Positions 14,441 through 26,990 of a DNA stretch of 64,000 nucleotides are shown piece after piece; positions within the stretch are counted from its first letter, which is position 1; each line of letters begins with the position of its first letter. Source of the stretch: the human T2T-CHM13v2.0 reference genome, Homo sapiens. Both the position numbers and the translations under genes were made by a program. The notes under the pieces are model-generated. The model was not told the origin of the DNA, did not search any database, and saw only the letters and a list, made by a program, of their open reading frames with translations. The stretch is taken from the NCBI RefSeq assembly GCF_009914755.1, contig NC_060929.1; one strand, 5' to 3'.

Positions 14441-14824
14441 CACGGCCTAGAGGAATTAGTACCAGAGAGGGGAGTGCTGCCACCAGGAGACACAACAATG
14501 ATTCCATTAAACTGGAAGTTAAGATTGCCACCTGGAAACTTTGGGCTCCTATCTTTAAGTCAACAGGCTAAGAAGACAGTTACAGTGTTGGCTGGGGTGA
14601 TTGACCAGGACTATCAAGATGAAATCAGTCTACTACCCCACAACAGAGGTAAGGGAAAGTATGCATGGAATACAGGAGATCCATTAGTGCATCTCTTAAT
14701 ATTACCATGCTCTGTGATTAAGGTCAACGGGAAACTACAACAGCCCAATCCAGGCAGGACTACAAATAATCCAGACCCTTCAGGAAGGAAGGTTTGGGTC
14801 ACTCCACCAGGAAAAAAACCATGA
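14441..14824 (+). pseudogene. dut: HERV-L dUTPase remnant
   Basis: IPLNWKLRLPPGNFGLL..TVLAGVIDQDYQDEI: dUTPase motifs downstream of integrase, the ERV-L arrangement. Confidence 0.85.
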
Positions 14825-15247
14825 TCTGCTGAGGTGCTTGATGAAGGAAAAGGGAATTCAGAATGGGCAGTAGAAGAAGGTAGTCATCAATACCAGCTAA
14901 CACCACGTGGCCAGCTGCAGAAAAGAGGACTGTAACTGTCATGGGTATTTCCTCCTTCATTTGTTAAAAACACGTTTTTGCCTGTATACACTTGTACTAA
15001 GAAAATATCTTCATTTTATTTCCTTTTTCCTTTATCATGTGACATAAGATTTATTGACTTCATATCAGCATTTAAGTATTGTTAACTTTATGTAATAGTA
15101 TTTGGGTTGGGGATTGGTGCATTTCAGGTTGTATGAGGGACAGTTGTATCATGTTAGGCATAACTATGACCTCATTATTGTCTTTATTTGAAGATTACAT
15201 ATGATCTAAGGAGATGTGTATGGGTTCAAGTTGACAAGGGATGGACT

Positions 15248-15770
15248 TGTGATGGTTAATACTGAGTGTCAACTTAATTGGATTGACACATACAAACTAT
15301 TGTTCCTGGGTGTGGCTATGTAGGTGTTGCCAAAAGAGATTAATATTTGAGTCAGTGGGCTGGGGAAGGGAGATCAACCCTTAATCTGGTGGGCACAATC
15401 TAATCGGCTTCCAGTAAAAGCAGGCAGAAAACGTGAAAAGGAGAGACAGGCCTAGCCTCCCAGCCTGTATCTTTCTCCTGTGCTGGATGCTTCCTGCCCT
15501 CGAACATCGGACTTCAAGTACTTCAGTTTTGTGACTCGTACTGGCTCTCCTTGCTCCTCAGCTTGCAGATAGCCTACTGTGGGACCTTGTGATCATGGAC
15601 GTTAATACTTAATAAACTCGCCCTTATATATATAAAAATAAAATAGGATATATATATGTGATATATAAAAAATAGGATATAAAAATAAGATATATAAAAA
15701 ATAGGATATATTATATACATAAAGTAGGACATATATACAAATAGGATATATATATAATTATAAAATTATT
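15248..15770 (+). mobile_element. HERV-L 3' LTR (MLT2A), terminal part missing
   Basis: tgtgatggttaatactgagtgtcaac start; runs into an AT-rich tract at 15625-15770; the 'tgtccctcta..ctaataca' end seen in the 5' LTR is absent. Confidence 0.9.
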
Positions 15771-16239
15771 TTAATGTGTATTTCACCTCTTTCAGGTCAG
15801 TTACATTCTTCTCTATACTGGTTTTTTTTTTTCTATCAGCTCCTGCAATGGTTTATCATGATTTTTAGCTTCCTTGCATTGGGTTACAATGTACTCCTTT
15901 AGCTCAGCATACTTTGTTTCTATCCATATTATGAATTCTACTTCTGTCATTTCAGCCATCTCAGCTTTAACCTGGTTTCAAACCCTTGCTGCAGAGGTGA
16001 CACAGTCATTTGGAGGGAGAAGGCACTCTGTTTTCTTTCGATCTTTCAGCATTCTTGTGCCGATTATTTCTCATCTTTGTGGACTTACCTGCCTTCAATC
16101 TTTGAGGCTTCTGACTTTTGGATTTTTTTTTTTCTTCTAACTGTCTGGCCACTTTTCCATGAGGACCCTGTAGTATGCTGGGGGTTCACTGCAGTCCCTA
16201 GTCACCTTGCATTTTTCAGTACCTGGAGGTATCATCAGT

Positions 16240-17370
16240 GAGGGCTGCTAAATAGCAAAGATGGCATCCTGCCCCTTCCTCTGGGAGCTCTGTCCTAGGG
16301 AGGTACAGACCTGTTGCCAGCCTAAATGCACCTGAAGGAGGTGGCTGGATACTCTGATTGTGAGGTCTCACCCAGGCAGGAGAAAGGAGATTGGGGACCC
16401 ACTTAAAAAGTAGTCTGGCCATATTGTTTTAGAGCAGCTGTGCTGTGCTGTGGGTCTACTTCAGTCCCTGGTTGCCTTGGACCCTCCAAAGACAAAAAGC
16501 TGGAATAGCTAAGTCATTCAAACAGCAATGATGATGGCTTGCCTCTCCACCTGGGACCTCTGTACCAGGGAGGCCTGAAACCTCTAGAAAACATCAATGG
16601 GGTAGCTGAAAACTCTGGTTGGGAGGCTCCACCTGGTGATGAGGAACAGGGTTGCAGACCCACTTAAAAAAGCAGACTGGCCATTATTTTGTGGGGCTGC
16701 TGTGCTGTGCTGTGGTAACATTCCTGCCCCGGTTGGCTTGGACTCTCCAAAGCCCAAAGGCTGGAACTGCTAAGTCACCCAAGCAGCAAAGATGGCAGCC
16801 TGACCCTTCATCTGGCAGTTCTGTCCTACCTTTGGGCATTTTCAAATCTCTGTTGGCCAGAGCATACCCATGAGGGTGGCTGAAGGGGGGCAGTCCCTCC
16901 TAGGGAGGAGGAATGGGATTGGTGATCCTTTTAAAGATGCAGTCTGGCCACACTTTCATAGAGCAGCTGTTTTGTGCTGGGATACTGCTTCTGCCCAAGT
17001 TGTCTTGGGCCTTCAAGAGCCCACTGGCTAGATCAGCTAACTCATCCATACAGCAAAGATGACTGCCTGCTCGTCCCTCTGGGAGGTCTGTCCCAGGGAG
17101 TTTTCAAATCTCAGTTGGCCACAGAACACTGGCGGGGTAGCTGGAGGCCCCAGTTGTGAAGTCCCACCCCGTCAGGAGGAATGGATTGGGGACCCTATTA
17201 AAGAAGCCTTCTGACCACGTTTTAGTAGAGCAGCTATGCTATGCTGGGGAATCCCCCTTCTGCCCCTGGTTAGTGGCTTTCCAAAGCCCACATGCTGGAA
17301 CAGCTAAGCTGCCCAAACAGCAAAGATAGCAGTCTGCCTTTCCCCCTGGAGCTTTGTCCCAGGTATGCTC
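16240..17370 (-). repeat. ~265-bp degenerate tandem monomers (about 4) in the L1 5' UTR
   Basis: 'ttaaa..gcagtctggcca..tt..tagagcagctgtgctgtgctg' recurs near 16400, 16660, 16930 and 17195. Confidence 0.85.
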
Positions 17371-17496
17371 AACACTGTTACCAGTTGCTGGCTGGAATTT
17401 CAAACCAGTGGGTCTTATCCTGTGAGACGTTGTGGAAGTGGGTCCAACAGACCATCACTGCTCAGTCCCTGGATTCAGCTTCTTTCCTAGGGGAAA

Positions 17497-19753
17497 TGTA
17501 TTAGTTCATTCTTATGCTGCTAAGAAAGACATACCCAAGACTAAATAATTTACAAAATAAGAGAAGTTTAATTGACTCACAGTTCAGATTGGCAGGGGAG
17601 GCCTCAGGAATCACGGTGGAAGTAGAGCAATCATGTCATTCTTCACATGGTGTCAGGAAGGAGAAGAATTGAGTGCCCAAAGGGGGAAGCCCCTTGTAAA
17701 ACCAATAGATCTCATGAGAACTAACTATCACAAGAACAGGATGAGGGAAACAGACCCCATGATTCAATAATCTCCAGCTTGTCCCTCCCGTGACACATGG
17801 GGGTTATAGGAACTACAATTCAAGGTGAGATTTGGGTGGGGATACAACCAAACCATATCATTCCACTGTTGGCCTCTCCCAAGTCTCATTTTCTCACAAT
17901 TCAAAACACAATAATACCCTCCCAACAGTCCCCGAAATTCTTAACTCATTCTAGCAATAACTCAAAGGTCCAAGTCCAAAGTCTCATCTGAGACAAGGCA
18001 AGTCCCTTCCACTTGTGAGCCTGTAACATCAAAAGCAAGTTACTTACTTCCTAGATACAATGGAAGTAAAGGCATTGGGTAAATATACCCATTCCAAATG
18101 GGAGAAATTGGCCAAAACAAAGGGGCTACAGGCCCTATGCATGTCCAAAATCCAATAGGGCAGTCATTACACCTTAAAGTTCCAAAATGATCTCCTTTGA
18201 CTCCATGTCTCATATCCAGGTCATGCTGATGCAAGAGGTGGACTCCCATGGCCTTGTGCAGCTCCACCTCTGTGGCTTTGCAGGTACAGTCCCCGTCCTG
18301 GCTGCTTTAATGGGCTGGCATATAGTGTCTGCAGCTTTTCCACCACACGGTGCAAGCTGTCAGTGGATCTACCATTCTGGGGTCTGAAGGACAGTGGCCC
18401 TCTTCTCACAGCTCCACTAGGCAGTGCCCCAGTGGAGACTCTGTATGGGGGCTCCAACTTCACATTTCCCTTCTGCACTGCCCTAGCAGAGGTTCAGCAT
18501 GAGGGCTTCACCACAGCAGCAGACTTCTGCATGGACATCCAGGTATTTGCATGCATCCTCTTAAATCTAGGTGGAGGTTCCCAAACCTCAATGCTTAACT
18601 TCTGTGAACCTGCATGCCCAACACCACTTGTAAGCTGCCAAGGCTTGGGTGTGCACCCTCTGGAGCAATGGCCTGAGCTGTAGCTTGACCCCTTTTAGCT
18701 ATGGCTAGAGCTGAAGCAACTGGGATGCAGGGCACCATGTCCTGAAGCTGAACACAGCAGAGGGTCCCTGGGCCCAGCCCAGAAACCATTTCTTCCTCCT
18801 AGGCCTCTGGGTCTGTGATGGGAGAGGCTGCTGTGAAGGTCTCTGACTTGGCCTGGAGACATTTTCCCCATTGTTTTGGTGACTAACATTTGTCTCCTCA
18901 TTATTTATGCAAATTTCTGCAGCAGGCTTGAATTTCTCCCCAGAACATGGGGTTTTCTTTTCTAACATCAGGCTGCAAATTTTCAAAACTTTTACGCTCT
19001 GCTTCCTCTGGAACAATTTGCTGCTTAGAAATTTCTTCTGCCAGATACCCTAAATCAAAAGTTCCACAGATCTCTAGGGCAGGGGCAAAATGCTGCCAGT
19101 ATCTTTGCATAACAAGAGTTACCTTTATTTTCGTTTCGAACAAGTTTCTCATCTCCATCTGAGACCACCTCAGCCTGGACTTCATTGCCCATCTCACTAT
19201 CAGTATTTTGGTCAAAGCCATTCAACAAGTCTCTAGGAAGTTCCAAACTTTCCCACATTTTCATGTCTTCTTTTGAGCCCTCAAAACTGTTTCAACTTCT
19301 GCCTGTTACCCAGTTCCAAAGTTGCTTCCACATATTCTGGTTTCCTTATAGCAGCATCCCACTCTCTACAGTACCAATTGACTGTATTAGTCTATTTTCA
19401 TGCTGCTAATGAAGACATACGCAAGACTGGGTAATTTATAAAGGAAAGACATTTAATTGACTCACAGTTCAGCATGACTGTGGAGGCCTCAGGAAACTTA
19501 CAATCATGGCAGAAGGGTAAGCAAATAAATCCTTCTTCATATGGTGGCAGGAAGAAGGAGTCCCCGGCGAAGGGGGAAGCCTCTTGTAAAACCATGAGAT
19601 CTCATGAGAACTAACTCACTATCACAAGAATAGAATGGGGAAACCGCCCCCCTGATTCAATTATGTCCACCTGGTACCTGCCGTGACATGTGGGGATTAT
19701 GGAAACTACAATTCAAAATGAGATTTGGATGAAGACACAGCCAAACCATATCA
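17497..19753 (-). mobile_element. Complete THE1C/D-like MaLR element (LTR 17497-17860, internal 17861-19382, LTR 19383-19753)
   Basis: Two homologous tgtattag...aaaccatatca LTRs around a ~1.5-kb THE1-int ('caaagtctcatctgagacaaggcaagtccc', 'ctccatctgagaccacctcagcctggac'); TSD degenerate (ggaaa/gggta). Confidence 0.93.
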
Positions 19754-20512
19754 GGGTATGTACGGGGATCTAGCCTCCCATTTTGCTGGAGTTGCAGTTA
19801 CTTTGCTGGGAGTCCCCAAAATCCAGAGTACTTTAAATTTTTATCATATTTGATTTTGACATATAGAAATACAATTTATTTTTATATTAGACTTACATTC
19901 AACTATTGTTCTAAATTTACTATTAATTTGAGTAGTTTGCAGATTCTTTTGAATTTTCTAAGTATACCATTATGTTTCTGCAAATAATGACAGTTTCATT
20001 CTTTCTTTTAATTTTTTATGCACTTTAATTCTGTTTACTTAGTTCATTGCACTTGCATCAATATTTTATTGATGAGTATGCTATTTACAGTAGAGTTTTA
20101 AAATAATATTTGTTATTAGATTAAGAAAGCTCTAATTCCTATTTTGTTTAGAGTTTTTATCTTACAGGGGTTTTAAATCTGCATCTATTGGGATAATCAC
20201 ATGATTTTTCTTTATTTCTATACTAATATCATGAGTAAAATTGATTGATTTTCAAATGTATAATAGTGATAATTCTCCTGTACTTGTGGAATACACACAC
20301 GTGCATATCACTTGTTTTCTTTTATTGATATTTTGTTTAGAATAATTGAATCTATATATCAGAGAGGACCTATAATATAATTTGCTTTCAGTATAATGTC
20401 CTTTCAATGTTTTAAAATCAATATTACAATGATTTCTCTTTTTCTATTCTCTGAGTTTGTACAAATCTGGTCTTATTTCTACTTCAAATATTTGGAAGAA
20501 TTAACTTTAAGA

Positions 20513-20903
20513 CAGTTATTCACCATTTATTGAATAAGGAAGTCTTTTCTCCATTGCTTTTTTTGGTTTACTTTGTCAAAGTTCAGGTGGTTGTAGGTGT
20601 GCAACATTATTTGTGGGCTCTCTATTCTGTTCCATTGGTCTCTGTGTCTGTTTATGTACCAGTACCATATTGTTTTGGTTACTATGGCCTTGTACTATAG
20701 CATAGCTTGAAGTTGGGTAATATGATGCTTCCAGCTTTGTTCTTTTTGCTTAGGACTGCCTTGGCTATTGGAGCTCTTTTTTGGTTTCATTTGAATTTTA
20801 AAATTGTTTTCTCTAATTCTGTGAAAAATGTCATTGGTAGTTTGATAGGAATACCATTGAATCTATAAATTGCTTTGGGCGGTATGGCCGGCAGTATGGC
20901 CAT
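20513..20903 (-). mobile_element. Internal L1P ORF2 fragment with no 3' end
   Basis: Far less diverged than its flanks ('caccatttattgaata', 'ccagctttgttctttttgcttagg', 'attgaatctataaattgctttggg'). Confidence 0.85.
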
Positions 20904-20917
20904 TGGTTCCTGATTTT

Positions 20918-21016
20918 GTGTGTGCGTGTGTGTGTGTGAGAGAGAGAGGGAGAGAGAGAGAGAGACAGAGAGACAGAGAGTCAGAGAGAGACAGAGAGAG
21001 ATTGAGAGGTAGAGAG
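20918..21016. repeat. Compound (GT)n/(GA)n microsatellite
   Basis: Directly visible. Confidence 0.95.
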
Positions 21017-23015
21017 AATAAAAGAGGAAAAGTTTTTAATAACATTAAATATTTTAGCAGATCTATCACTATTTGTATTTACTACCTTTTCTCCCTTCAG
21101 TTATTGTAAGAGGAATTTTTTTTCAGAAGTTTTTCCATTTCATACAAATTGTGGAATTGATTTGCATGAAGCAGTAGATAATACCTACTAGTCAATATAA
21201 TGATGTGTATAATCTTATTGATTTTTTTCATTTCTGAGATGAATAATTTGTGATTTTCTCCTTATTCATAATTAGTTTTTACAGGTATTTCAATTGTATT
21301 AACTTTTCAAAGAACTCTATTTTATATTTATTTTTTGTTCCTTTATTACAGGCCTAATGTGGAAACTCAATTTATTTGTGGAAAACTGAGTTTATGACTT
21401 TATTTCACCATCATTTTTTGAAGTTCGTTTTGAGTTTTGAATTCTGAGTTAGCAGTTACTTTTTATTTCACCATTCTGAATATTTTGCCCCATTGACATC
21501 AGAGCACCATGACTTCTGAGAATTCAGAGTTCAATTTCTCTCCATCTTTTCTACCCTTTCAATGGTAAATGTGTCTATTCCCTGGGTGTTTTTTGAGATT
21601 CTTTCTTTTGTCTTCAGTTTTCAGCAGTTAAACTATAATATGTGTAATTATAGTCTTTTTATTTATTTTGCTGGTGGTTGCTAAGTTTCTTGAATATGTA
21701 GGTTGGTATCTACGATCAGTTTGTGGAAATTTCTCTATTATTTTGTCAATGTTACTTCTGCCCATTACTTCTCCTTTCCCTCTCTTATTTTCTTCTTGGT
21801 TGCTTTCTCTTAATCTCTTTTCAAGTTCACTAATCTTTTGTTCATCTGTATCCAGTTTGATGTTCAACCAATGAGTTCTTAATATAGATATTTTTAATCC
21901 TATATTATTTTATTATTCTTTGTAGACTTTTATTTTCCATTTATTCTATTGTTTCTATGTTGTCCATCTTTTTTTACATTTTGTTTAACATGTTATTGAT
22001 AGCTATTTCAGCCTTTTTCTGCTACTTTATAAATATCAATAATCTAATGGGTCTATTTCTATTTTCTCTTTGTTTTTCTTTTTCATTTAAATAATACTCA
22101 AAGCTTCTTTACTTTTTACCTTCATAGTAATGTTTAGATGTATGCTAGAACTTGTATGTAAATTAACATGGGCTTCAGATGCTATATCATCTTCCACCTG
22201 AGAGTTTTCTTTTCTTCTCTCTTAGGTAGCTAGGATGAGGCACAGATCACCACAACCTAGTTAGTAACTGAGGCAGTAAAGGATATTTTGCAGTTTTAAT
22301 AAAACTAGGTCTTTCTGTGTTTAGTTCTTAATTCTAAAATGTGAGCCTTGAAGCTTTCAAGACCCACTCAGTCTCATGGGTGGTTTCTCCTCAGGCCTAA
22401 AAATATTGGAGGTTGAGCTCTGTTCTCTAGACTTGCCAGAATAGTCCTCCAGCCTCAAACTCTCCAAAACTTCAAACTCTGGCAAATATCTTGAGAGTGA
22501 AACTGACCCTGTGCTTGAAACTTTCATTGTAACTGTGGGAGATTTACTCATTTTAGAAGTGTTTCTTGTCCTAGCTCTCCAGCATATTGTATTGGCCCCC
22601 AGATTCCAGGTTGCTACTCCAGCTTCATGCAGCTATGGCTTTGTTGGTTTTTCTTTCCCCTAGTGGAGACTTACAGCTGTACTAATCATAATCTTAAACT
22701 CAAGCCCACAAGTACCAAACGCCTTTAGGAAAAAGAAATGGCTCTGGAAGTCTGCTTGCCATTAAAGGCTTTTTACTCTCTGGAATTTCACTCATCAAGT
22801 TCTTGCTACAATCATATCTTTCCGATCTTTTTAAAATATTATGTTATAATTTAATTGGATATTCTTAGTTTTGCAGTGGGAGCATTGTCCTGACATGACC
22901 TACTATACTACAACCAAGAGCAGAGATTAAAGTAATTTTGTCTATTGAGTCTAAATAAATGCCCTTTCTCCATTTATACAGATAAAGAGGTGTACTTCCT
23001 GAGGAACTTTAAATC

Positions 23016-23180
23016 AGGGGTATATTGGCAAATGTTTAACTAACTCTCTAACAGTAGGGAGGAAATGATGATTTATAAGTTCGTTCATTTTCGTGGTATA
23101 AATCCTCCCACCATGGCCAATTTCAAGCTACTCATGTGACATCACCAAATGCAGAGTTGGAAAGAGATGCATAGTCTTGC
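23016..23180 (+). mobile_element. MER63 (hAT-Blackjack) fossil
   Basis: 'cctcccaccatggccaatttcaagctac..gtgacatcac..gcagagttggaaagagatgc' matches recalled MER63. Confidence 0.7.
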
Positions 23181-24237
23181 TTAAAATCAAGGTCTAGGGT
23201 TTCATTATGTTCAAATGATTTCCTGAAACAACTAAGGGGTGAAAACATAATTTTCCCTTGTATTATTTTGGAATTTAATCCTGTTGATCTCTCAATAAAA
23301 AAAAATTGTTTCAAAGAGGTCAAGGTTTGGACTTATGTGAAGTCAACATTTGAAAACATTTGTAAATATTCTGTCAATCATTAGTATATGCTCTTTTTAG
23401 GTATTACTTCTCATAATTATCATAATTATCTTAATAATTTATTGATTATTTATAAGTAAGATGGTTATACCAAAAACCACTAAAGGGAGTTTGTATACAT
23501 GAAAATATTTATGACATCTCAGACATTTTACACTTGAACTATTATAAATAACAATTACAGAGGCGTATCAAAAAGGCTTTTAATTGAAGAGTATTTACAA
23601 TTAAATTATAACAGAAAGAATACTGTAAAAGTAAACAAGTAAGTTCTTTTTGAAAAACAGGAATGTGTAACATTCAAAAAGACCACAAAAATTAATTTCT
23701 GTGTTACAGAATATTGAGAAATCCTATTCCTATGGCTCCATGACTGGAGACTAAGACAAAGTGGTTAAAAGAAAATGCAAATAGTCTACATTTTAACAGA
23801 TAAGAAAATAATTTGTACATAGGTAGCCTATCCGGGGCTTTTTGGTAGTGTGTGCCACTGTCCTTGGCTCTCTTCACCCGCTTCTCCCTCCTGAAATGTC
23901 CTTAGCAAGGCAGTGTCCCCAAGTGAGCAGTGAAATAAACTGTTTCCATTTTGAAATGGAAAAGAAAAAAGAAGAAAAGAAAGGTGTTGTATAATTTACT
24001 TCACCACTGGAAGGCCTACAGTACACAATTGGGTAGCCAAAGGCAGATAGATAGAGAAACAATTCCAAGAGCTGGCTCACTGGAAGAAGCCCTACTACAA
24101 CCAGTAACTATGGCCTAAAAGGTACAGCCTACAACGCTCGCATAGGATATCAGAAACTACCCCAGACCCATTGCCACTGCTGAGCTCTGAATTTAGTTCT
24201 GCTACACCTACCACCACCAGAGATGATTCCATATGAT

Positions 24238-24372
24238 TAAAAGGACCATACAATCCATCATTCATACCGGGACTCTTGAGAGTGAAAGAAGTTAATAACA
24301 TTAATAACTACACTGGGACAACAGGTATGAACCAAGGCTGTCCAAGGTAAATCAGGTTATATGGTTATCTTA
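24238..24372 (+). mobile_element. MER94 (hAT-Blackjack) MITE
   Basis: 'accgggactcttgagagtgaaag..attaataactacactgggacaacagg..atatggttatctta'; degenerate terminal inverted repeats. Confidence 0.7.
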
Positions 24373-24394
24373 TGATTCTTCTGATGCCGGGGCT

Positions 24395-24570
24395 AGCATG
24401 AGGCATTGGATTGAAGTAACTTTAGTCACATGCCCCATCCTAACTGACAAGACAACTAGGAAAATGAGTATCTGTCATTTTCAGCTTCTGTGGTGACAGG
24501 CATTTGTGAGGAAATTCCTCAAAGAAAGGGGGCTACAGATGCCTTTAATAGATAGACAGAAAGAATAACA
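24395..24570. mobile_element. Old MLT1 LTR fragment
   Basis: 'gtcacatgccccatcctaactg..ctaggaaaatgagtatctg..ttttcagcttct'. Confidence 0.45.
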
Positions 24571-25064
24571 AATATAAATTTCATTGGCTTGAAAGTCATT
24601 TTTATTTTATCAAACCAAGATACTTGAATTAAAATAAATTCATGGCATTAGTTAAAGTAAGAAAAAATCTGAGTGATCATATAAGTTCTCTAATATTTAT
24701 TCTGCACTGCAGCTACACAGATTCTTCCATTTCTTTCCTAAGATATCTATATAAAGTGATACAGTAGTACATAAATTTTGTCACTATCTATGATGACTTA
24801 ATTAGCTAACTTTTATGGCATTCTAAATTAACATTATTCAGTTTGATAGTGCTCTTCATATATTAAATACACAATTGTCTTTTCAGGTTGGACACTGAAA
24901 GACAAGTTAACTAAATAAATGGAGGTGTAAAAACACATTGAACCTTATTTTATCCTTCAAAACTACCAAATATTCCCATAGATAATTAATTATCTCATTT
25001 GATAAAATCTCAAGAAAATTTTATCATGATTTACTCAACCTAAATGTTTCAGGAATACCCAAAT

Positions 25065-25398
25065 AATTGCTCACTCTGCCAGGAATGCTCTGTCTACTCC
25101 TGCACTTTACCACCTCCATTTGCTGAGTTAAGTTTCATTCACTCTTCACATCTCAGCGCAAGTTTATCTGACTTCGACTTCAATGGTAAATGTGCTTAAC
25201 ACTCTATATGACATTAAATTATAGCACTTAAAATCATTGTAATTTATAACATTTATCAATTTATTTTATTATCTGTCTTTCTCACCAGACTGATAATCCC
25301 AAGGGATCATACCTTGGGCTCATTTCCTGTAACAATCAGAATGTCTCACATATAGTAGGTGTCCAATACATACTTGTTGGATGGATAAATGAATGAAA
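25065..25398 (+). mobile_element. L2 3' end
   Basis: 'ctctgccaggaatgctct', 'tagtaggtgtccaatacatacttgttggatggataaatgaatgaa'. Confidence 0.75.
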
Positions 25399-26655
25399 AG
25401 CAAATATAAAGATAGCTTGATTCCAAGAAAAGTAAAAAGTGATCGCTAAATATTTCGTAATATAACTAAATGAATTAAGTATGCTTATCATTTACCATGG
25501 TAACTACCTACTGACTTTTATTTTCATAGTAACTGTCTTTTTTTTTACTTTTATTTTAGGTTCAGGGGTACACATACAGGTTTGTTACATAGGTAAATTG
25601 CATGTCATAGGGGACTGGTGTACAGATTATTTTGTTACCTATGTAATAAGCATAGCACTCAATACATAGTTTTTTGATATTCACCCTTCTTTCACACTCA
25701 CTCACATAAGCCCCAGTGTCTGTTGCTCTCTTCTTTGTGTGCATGAGTACCCAGTCTTTAGCTTGCACTTAGAAGTGAAAACATGTAATGTTTGGTTTTC
25801 TTTTCCTGCCTTAGTTTGCTAAAGATAATGGCCTCCAGCTCCATCCATGTTGCTGCAAAGGGCATGATCTCATTTTTTTTATGGCTGCATAGTATTCCAT
25901 GATGTATATGTATCACATTTTCTTTATCCAATCCACCATTGATGGGCATCAAGGTTGATTCCATGCCTTTGCTTTGTGAACAGTACTGCAATGAATATAC
26001 ACATGCATCTCTCTGTATGGTATTAATAGAATGATATATATGCCTTTGAGTATATACCCAATAAAGGGATTGCTGGGTCAAATGGAAATTCTGTTGTGAG
26101 CTCTTTGAGAAATTGCCCCACTGCTTTCCACAATGGCTGAACTAATTTATATCCCCACTATCAGTGTATAAGCATTCCCTTCTCTCTGCAACCTTGCCAG
26201 CATCTGCTATTTTTTGACTTTTTAATAATACCATTCTGACTGGTGTAAGATGCTCTCTCATTATGGTTTCGATTTGCATTTCTCTTATGACTAGTGATGT
26301 TAAGCATTTTTTCATATGATTGTTGGCCACGGGTATGTCTTTCAGAGTCTGTTCATGCCCTTTGTCCAATTTTTAATAGGGTTGTTTTGTTTGTAAATAT
26401 GTTTAAGTTCCTTATAGATTCCAGGTGTTAGACTGTTGTTGGATACATAGTTTGTGAATATTTTCCCCATTTTGTAGGTTGTCTGTTTACCCTGTTAATA
26501 GTTTCTTTTGCTGTGCAGAGCTCTTTAATTAAGTCCCATCTGTCCATTTTTTTCTTTGTTGCAATTGCTTTTAACACCTTCATCATGAAATCTTCGCCCA
26601 TTCTTATTTCCAGAGTGATATTTCTTAGGCTGTCTTCCAGGGTTTCTACAGTTTT

Positions 26656-26990
<335 letters not shown>

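Larger units (their letters stand above)
9618..15247 (+). mobile_element. HERV-L internal region (gag-pro-pol-dUTPase, no env), defective
   Basis: Colinear retroviral peptide fragments between two MLT2A LTRs; purine tract 'gacaagggatggact' before the 3' LTR. Confidence 0.95.
15771..19830 (-). mobile_element. L1PA13-like ORF1 5' part and 5' UTR, interrupted by THE1
   Basis: 'tgaattctacttctgtcatttcagccatctcagc', 'cagtacctggaggtatcatcagtgagggctg'; resumes at 19754 after THE1. Confidence 0.8.
19831..22900 (-). mobile_element. Ancient L1M ORF2/ORF1/5' region (continuation)
   Basis: 'atatagaaatacaatttatttttatattag', 'ctgcatctattgggataatcacatgatttt'; ORF 21628-21867 resembles L1 ORF1 (KLDTDEQKISELE). 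Confidence 0.6.

Noticed and set aside
14830-15247. Possible env remnant upstream of the 3' LTR
   Set aside because: Short and AT-rich with no ORF; ERV-L elements lack env.
16240-17370. Repeat-spacer (CRISPR-like) appearance
   Set aside because: Long degenerate tandem monomers within an L1 5' UTR in primate DNA; no unique spacers or cas genes.
18040-19409. Cluster of ORFs in the THE1 internal region
   Set aside because: Broken remnants of the MaLR internal ORF and chance frames; no intact coding sequence.
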